Source of the DNA: an uncultured delta proteobacterium
GTDB taxonomy: Bacteria > Desulfobacterota > Binatia > Binatales > Binataceae
NCBI GenBank assembly: GCA_963711565.1
Contig: CAVQEQ010000003.1
Coordinates: 960,001-1,024,000, forward strand
Length of the DNA stretch: 64,000 bases
Direction of reading: 5' to 3'
Positions 59,483 through 64,000 of this stretch are shown one piece after another. The first letter of the stretch is position 1, and each line of letters starts with the position of its first letter. The translations under genes were made by a program, and so were the position numbers. Under the pieces are notes generated by a model. It was not told the DNA's origin. It worked only from the letters and a program-made list of their open reading frames with translations, and ran no database searches.

Positions 59483-59782
59483 TTGATGAGCAGAAATACG
59501 GCAATGAGTATCGGCGGTTTTGCGGCGATGGCGGTCGATTTCATAATCGTCGCATCGATTTTTGGTTTGTTGCTACTCACCCGCTGGATTGGTTTTGGCT
59601 GGATTCTAGACCTTTTGACGGTTCTGAGTATCAGCTACGTAGCCGTCGCATGGTTTTATGGGAAACGATTCGTCCAGTTCCTGAACCAGCTTGATAACCA
59701 GAACCCGCATCCGGTCGCGGCTGGGAATTCTATTCCGGTCGTAGCGGTCAGGACCGATTATCAGAGACTCAGTCCTCGCTGA
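59483..59782 (+). CDS. Small membrane protein
   Basis: Two hydrophobic segments; AAGGA RBS. Confidence 0.55.
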   Translation: MMSRNTAMSIGGFAAMAVDFIIVASIFGLLLLTRWIGFGWILDLLTVLSISYVAVAWFYGKRFVQFLNQLDNQNPHPVAAGNSIPVVAVRTDYQRLSPR

Positions 59783-59819
59783 TATCGAGGCAACTCGGTG
59801 GTCATCGCCGCTCGGAAAT

Positions 59820-60698
59820 TCATCCCGCGCCGAGATGTGCGCTCAACAGTCCGATTGCCGCCAACGCGAACAGCGCGAAGTCCATCACCGCGTGCGCGAT
59901 AATCGACGCCTCCAGCCCGCGCCGCAAATACAACCGCCCGAACACCACTCCCTCCCACGTCTGCGGCATCACCAATCCGCCGATCAGAAGTCGCGACGTG
60001 CTGTGGAGCAGCGTCCCAGCCAGCGGCGCCAGATGAATTAGTCCGAACGCGTAGCCTTGCGCTATCGTCACGATCCAGAGAGCGCCGCGTCCCGGATGGT
60101 TCCGCGAGTCGCGCGATATCAGCCGCGCGATCCATCCGAGGATCGCATACAGCACGAGCCGAAACTGGATCTCCTCGCTGACCGCGGCCGCGATCGCGAC
60201 CGACGCTCCGACGAACGCGATGCGGCCTGGCGCCACCGTGAGCATCGGCGTCTTCGGCAACTTGAGCCCCGCGCCGCCGTGCTGGATCAGCATCATCGGC
60301 ACGATCACGAGCGCCAGCACGCTCGCGCCCGCCATCGCCGCCAGCAACGCGTAGCCAAGCGAGACCCGAAGCAGGCTGCGAATCGAAAAATGTAATTTCT
60401 CGCCGGCGACCCTGGCCGCGATCAATGGCGCGCCGGGCAAGCCAAGCTCGCCGTTGAGTCGAAGCGCGAGCGGAATCAGCGCCGCGAGCACGACCGTTAC
60501 GCCAAGGAACGGCAGCGCGCGCACGAGTCCCGATCGGTCGAGCGACTTGAGCGCGAACGCAAGCGGATACTCGATTATCGCGCCGGCTATCGCCAGCGCC
60601 GCGAGAATCGCCGCCTCGCGCCGCCGCGCCGCGCGAGCAGCCGCTTCGCGAATCGCCGCCAGCGCGTCGCTGGAACCTTCTGCGGCCGGCTCGCTCAC
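59820..60698 (-). CDS. CPBP (CAAX/Abi) intramembrane metalloprotease
   Basis: EEIQFR, FGLIH, AHAVMD; GTG start overlaps the crotonase stop. Confidence 0.85.
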   Translation of the reverse strand: MSEPAAEGSSDALAAIREAAARAARRREAAILAALAIAGAIIEYPLAFALKSLDRSGLVRALPFLGVTVVLAALIPLALRLNGELGLPGAPLIAARVAGEKLHFSIRSLLRVSLGYALLAAMAGASVLALVIVPMMLIQHGGAGLKLPKTPMLTVAPGRIAFVGASVAIAAAVSEEIQFRLVLYAILGWIARLISRDSRNHPGRGALWIVTIAQGYAFGLIHLAPLAGTLLHSTSRLLIGGLVMPQTWEGVVFGRLYLRRGLEASIIAHAVMDFALFALAAIGLLSAHLGAG

Positions 60699-61519
60699 TT
60701 GATCGTCGGGATAAATTCGGGAAGGTCCTTCGACGGCTTCATCTTCCACTTGGGCTTGCGCTTCTCGACGAACGCGCTGACGCCCTCGTACGCGTCCGGC
60801 TGCTTGCCGGCCCACACGAACGCGCGCGTATCTTCCTTCTGCGCTTTCTCCGCCTCGGGCTCCGCGAGCAATCCGTAGATCAGCCGTTTGGTGATCGCGA
60901 CCGACACCGGCGCCGTGTTATCCGCGATGTCCCGCGCCATCTCGCGCACCTTCGTCATGAACTCCGCGTCGGGCCATACGTGGCTGACGATGCCGAACTC
61001 GAGCGCCTCGCGCGCGCTAATAATCCGCCCGGTCATCAGCAGCTCGTTGGCTTTCGCCACGCCGATCATGCGCGGGACGGTCCACAGGCTGAGCGCCTCC
61101 GGCACGACGCCGCGCCGCACGAAGACGAATCCGATTCGCGCGCTCTCGGCCGCGACCCTGATGTCCCATTGCATCGGCAGCGTGATGCCCATTCCGACTG
61201 CGGGACCGTTGATCGCCGCGATGATCGGCTTGCGCACGTTCCATGGACGGATCGCCGGCGCCGGGCGATTGCGGCGCTCGGCGCGCGCGTCGGCGTCGAA
61301 GGTGTTGCCGCCGCTCGACAGGTCGGCGCCCGCGCTGAACGCGCGGCCCGCGCCGGTGACGACGATCACGCGCACGTCGTCATCCTCGTCGTACTCGGCG
61401 AACGACGCGTAGAGATCGGCGGCCATCGTACCCGAGAATGCGTTCAGCTTCTCCGGCCGGTTGAGCGTGACGGTGGCGACGCCGTCTTTGACTTCCTTCA
61501 AAATATATTCGCTGGCCAT
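60695..61519 (-). CDS. Enoyl-CoA hydratase/isomerase (crotonase)
   Basis: LNRPEKLNA, FSAGADL, AAINGPAVGMG. Confidence 0.93.
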   Translation of the reverse strand: MASEYILKEVKDGVATVTLNRPEKLNAFSGTMAADLYASFAEYDEDDDVRVIVVTGAGRAFSAGADLSSGGNTFDADARAERRNRPAPAIRPWNVRKPIIAAINGPAVGMGITLPMQWDIRVAAESARIGFVFVRRGVVPEALSLWTVPRMIGVAKANELLMTGRIISAREALEFGIVSHVWPDAEFMTKVREMARDIADNTAPVSVAITKRLIYGLLAEPEAEKAQKEDTRAFVWAGKQPDAYEGVSAFVEKRKPKWKMKPSKDLPEFIPTIK

Positions 61520-61606
61520 CCGACTTGCTCCCTAAGAGAAGAGTAGATCACGTTATTGAATGTGACCGCCACCTGCATCCTCTACCCTACACTGGGTGCA
61601 GGGGTC

Positions 61607-61657
61607 ACCCCCCGCGACGGTGTCGATGCCGCGGGTGCGGGGCGCGAAGCCCCGCAT
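61607..61657. repeat. REP-like GC-rich palindrome
   Basis: TGCGGGGC-GCGAA-GCCCCGCA hairpin with a preceding CCGCG...CGCGG stem in the intergenic region. Confidence 0.4.
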
Positions 61658-61667
61658 CGAGTTTCGG

Positions 61668-62480
61668 CTACTTCTTCGCGGCTGTATTTTGCGCCTCCGC
61701 GAACGTCATCATCTGAACGATCTGCTCGCGCACCAGCTCGGGATTGTTTCCCGCCGCTTTGTCGAGATCGCCGATCTCTTCGGGGACGTACCAATGGAGC
61801 TTGTCGGAGTTGTAGGCCTCCCACACAATCTTGGCGACTTCGATCGGCTGGATGAGCCGGAACATTCCTTCCCTCGGCGCGCGCTCGGCGGTTCCCGGCG
61901 GCAATATCGCGGTATCGATCAGGCCGGGGAGCGTGTCGGCGGCGCGGACGCCGTAGCGGCGGAACTCGATCGACAGCGCCTCGGTCAATCCCTTCACCGC
62001 GTGCTTGGTGGCGGAATAAACGGCGATCCCCGGCATCCCGTAAGTGGCGGACGAGGACGACGTCGTGAAGCATAGCGAGTTGGGCGTCGCCTTGAGCAGG
62101 CCGATGGCGGAATGGATGCCGTTGAGGACGCCGATGAAGTTTACGCGGACGACGCGCAGGATGTCCTCGAACGGCTGCTCGTCGAAGGGGCCGCCGACGC
62201 CGATGCCGGCGTTGTTGTAGAGGATGTCCATCTTGCCGCCGGTGGCGGCGCCGAATTCGGCGAGCGCTTTTTCGTAGTCGGCTTTGTCGGTGACGTCGAG
62301 CTTTCGCACGACGCAGTTGTCGGCGCCGAGTTCCTTCTCGAGCGCGCGCAAGCCGTCGGCGTTAACGTCGTAGCCGCCGATGAACCATCCTTTATCGCGG
62401 AACAGGCGCGCGGTCTCGCGGCCCATCCCGGAGGCGGCGCCGGTGATGAAGATCGATTTGCGGCCGTTGGCAGTTCCCAT
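61668..62480 (-). CDS. Short-chain dehydrogenase/reductase
   Basis: TGAASGMG, NNAG, YSATK. Confidence 0.93.
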   Translation of the reverse strand: MGTANGRKSIFITGAASGMGRETARLFRDKGWFIGGYDVNADGLRALEKELGADNCVVRKLDVTDKADYEKALAEFGAATGGKMDILYNNAGIGVGGPFDEQPFEDILRVVRVNFIGVLNGIHSAIGLLKATPNSLCFTTSSSSATYGMPGIAVYSATKHAVKGLTEALSIEFRRYGVRAADTLPGLIDTAILPPGTAERAPREGMFRLIQPIEVAKIVWEAYNSDKLHWYVPEEIGDLDKAAGNNPELVREQIVQMMTFAEAQNTAAKK

Positions 62481-62576
62481 AGAATTCTCCCCGATGTCGT
62501 TACTTCAGATTGAACATAGTCGAAACGGCAAGCGGCTGGGAACCTAATCGCCTGCGCGGCGGGCGGCAGGGGTGAC

Positions 62577-62741
62577 CTCCTTCGGCCTCGCTCAGGACAG
62601 GCTCTGCACCCAGTGAGAAGAGCAAAGTTGCGCGCGGCGCGCTACTTTGCTCTCAGGGGGCGATGGGTCGATGGCGGGGCTTCTTCGCCTCTCCCAGAAT
62701 GGGAGAGGATCGAAGAGCCTGCCCTGAGCCTGCCGAAGGGT
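62577..62741. repeat. Inverted pair of REP-like elements with internal hairpin
   Basis: CCTTCGGCCTCGCTCAGGACAGGCTC versus GAGCCTGCCCTGAGCCTGCCGAAGG; CCTCTCCCA-GAA-TGGGAGAGG hairpin. Confidence 0.55.
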
Positions 62742-62848
62742 GAGGGTCATTACGCAGCGCGCTCTTTTGCGCGCGATTCAAGATTCTGCTTTCTGCTTGG
62801 GTGTCTCCACTGAGGCAAAGGTCTCCTTCTGGAGAGGAGAACGATGAG

Positions 62849-63094
62849 ATGGAGTGCTTCGTTTACGTTCTTGGGAGCTGCGAGCTCGACGGCTATCGGA
62901 CGTATGTCGGATGGACTAACGATCTGGAGCGGCGGATAGCCAGGCATAATGCGGGGACGGGCGCGCGCTCGACGAGGGGGCGAGTGTGGTTCCTGCTGTA
63001 TGCGGAGCGTCACGCCTCGCGCGAGGAGGCGATGAGTCGCGAGTGGAAGTTGAAGAGGGACCGGGGGTTTAGAAAGAGATTGTTGCTTGGGTAG
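62849..63094 (+). CDS. GIY-YIG nuclease family protein
   Basis: FVYVL...TYVGWTNDLERRIARHN...AMSREWKLK. Confidence 0.88.
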   Translation: MECFVYVLGSCELDGYRTYVGWTNDLERRIARHNAGTGARSTRGRVWFLLYAERHASREEAMSREWKLKRDRGFRKRLLLG

Positions 63095-63150
63095 CAACTC
63101 GAAGTGAGCAATTCCGAGCCGTAAGATTCAGACTTAGAAAAGTCGAATCT

Positions 63151-63744
63151 CTACAGAGTGATTTCCTCATCGAGAAACTCTTCCACACCAGCGCCATTAA
63201 GCACAACTTCACTGAGAGCGATTGACCGTTCTTTAGCTTCGCGGTCTCTCATGCGATCCGCCAAAAATTCGAAGTCTGAGAAAAGGGAAGTGTCCCTCTT
63301 GCGTCCGCGCAACCAAGTGACATACGACCTACATGCAGCCCACCATCCTTTGACGTAGTAGCTGAAGGTATCGTAGGTCAGTTGTTCGTCGACGCGCCCT
63401 TGACGAAATAGCGCTCCGAGGTCTTCGAAAAAGTTGAGTACATCTTCCTGTATCTGCTCGTTGGAACCGTTGCCTTTCAGGTGAAAAGCGAGTGCGTGAC
63501 GACTTTGCTTCAAATGATTGTTGTCGAACCTCTCGGCCATCGTGAAGTAAAAGCGCAGAGCAATTTCCTCGCGAGAAATCTGGCGCTGAGCTTCGATGGT
63601 CCGGTCAACGGCGCCTAGCGTGTCTTTGCTTTGCCTTTTGGAAAAGTAAAACTGTATCCAGAACTGGACAAATGCGATTACCGCTAGCGCGATTGTGGCT
63701 ATACCGGTCCACCATTCCATAGCGTTCCCTGTGGAGTCTGCCAA
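63151..63744 (-). CDS. Membrane-anchored hypothetical protein (DUF4760-like)
   Basis: N-terminal TM; VLNFFEDLG and FEFLA motifs. Confidence 0.55.
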   Translation of the reverse strand: MADSTGNAMEWWTGIATIALAVIAFVQFWIQFYFSKRQSKDTLGAVDRTIEAQRQISREEIALRFYFTMAERFDNNHLKQSRHALAFHLKGNGSNEQIQEDVLNFFEDLGALFRQGRVDEQLTYDTFSYYVKGWWAACRSYVTWLRGRKRDTSLFSDFEFLADRMRDREAKERSIALSEVVLNGAGVEEFLDEEITL

Positions 63745-63770
63745 ATGACTAGACCACCTCGAAGAAAGAG

Positions 63771-64000
63771 CTACGAAAGAAGCCGCATGATGCCAAATAG
63801 AATTCCCTGGGCAACCAGGTTTCCAGCAGCACCCGAGACCGTTGACTCGAAAAGGGTTTTCAAGGTTTCGAGGGAGCTGCGGACTCGCTTTCGATCGGGT
63901 TCTCGGTGAATTAGTTCACTGTCCAGCAGTTCCATTTGAGCTTGGGCTACAGCTCGTTGTTCATGGCTAAATTCCACCTCATCGAGATTGGTCTTGATGT
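63771..64000 (-). CDS. Hypothetical protein, C-terminal part (runs off the window)
   Basis: Open frame ending ...SGAAGNLVAQGILFGIMRLLS, co-oriented with the downstream gene. Confidence 0.5.
   Translation of the reverse strand, partial: IKTNLDEVEFSHEQRAVAQAQMELLDSELIHREPDRKRVRSSLETLKTLFESTVSGAAGNLVAQGILFGIMRLLS

Overview
GC-rich bacterial chromosome window. Its many luciferase-like monooxygenases, thiolase/OB-fold pair and CoA-transferases are reminiscent of Ca. Binatota, but that is only a guess. Most of the window is a ~51.7-kb integrative element (3228-54927) inserted in the 3' end of an initiator tRNA-Met gene, bounded by a perfect 45-bp direct repeat at 3183-3227 and 54883-54927. The element's core lies at its right end: XRE repressor plus ImmA/IrrE peptidase, a lone TrbC/VirB2 pilin plus DUF2274, a TrwA/TrwB/TrwC-like MOBF module, excisionase and tyrosine integrase. 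There is no mating-pore operon. Cargo comprises three IS21 copies, an IS3, a large G8-domain secreted protein, a ~14.7-kb sigma-54-controlled operon (LLMs, NTF2, Rid, DUF1302-DUF1329-MMPL, ALDH) with a divergent activator and CoA-transferase pair, a secreted lytic-transglycosylase-domain protein and a broken NHL-repeat surface protein. A ~31.6-kb part of the cargo is bracketed by unexplained inverted arrays of GTCAACC heptamers sharing a 16-bp direct-repeat core. Just outside the island is a 3.8-kb IS1595-family element (23-bp perfect TIRs, 8-bp TSD) carrying a ParB-like/possible HEPN protein plus a Dam-type methylase, a candidate defence module. Its insertion destroyed the stop codon of a host nitroreductase. 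The flanks carry ordinary host genes: a VapBC TA, thiolase, crotonase, SDR and GIY-YIG. All family calls are from motif recognition by eye; no searches were run.
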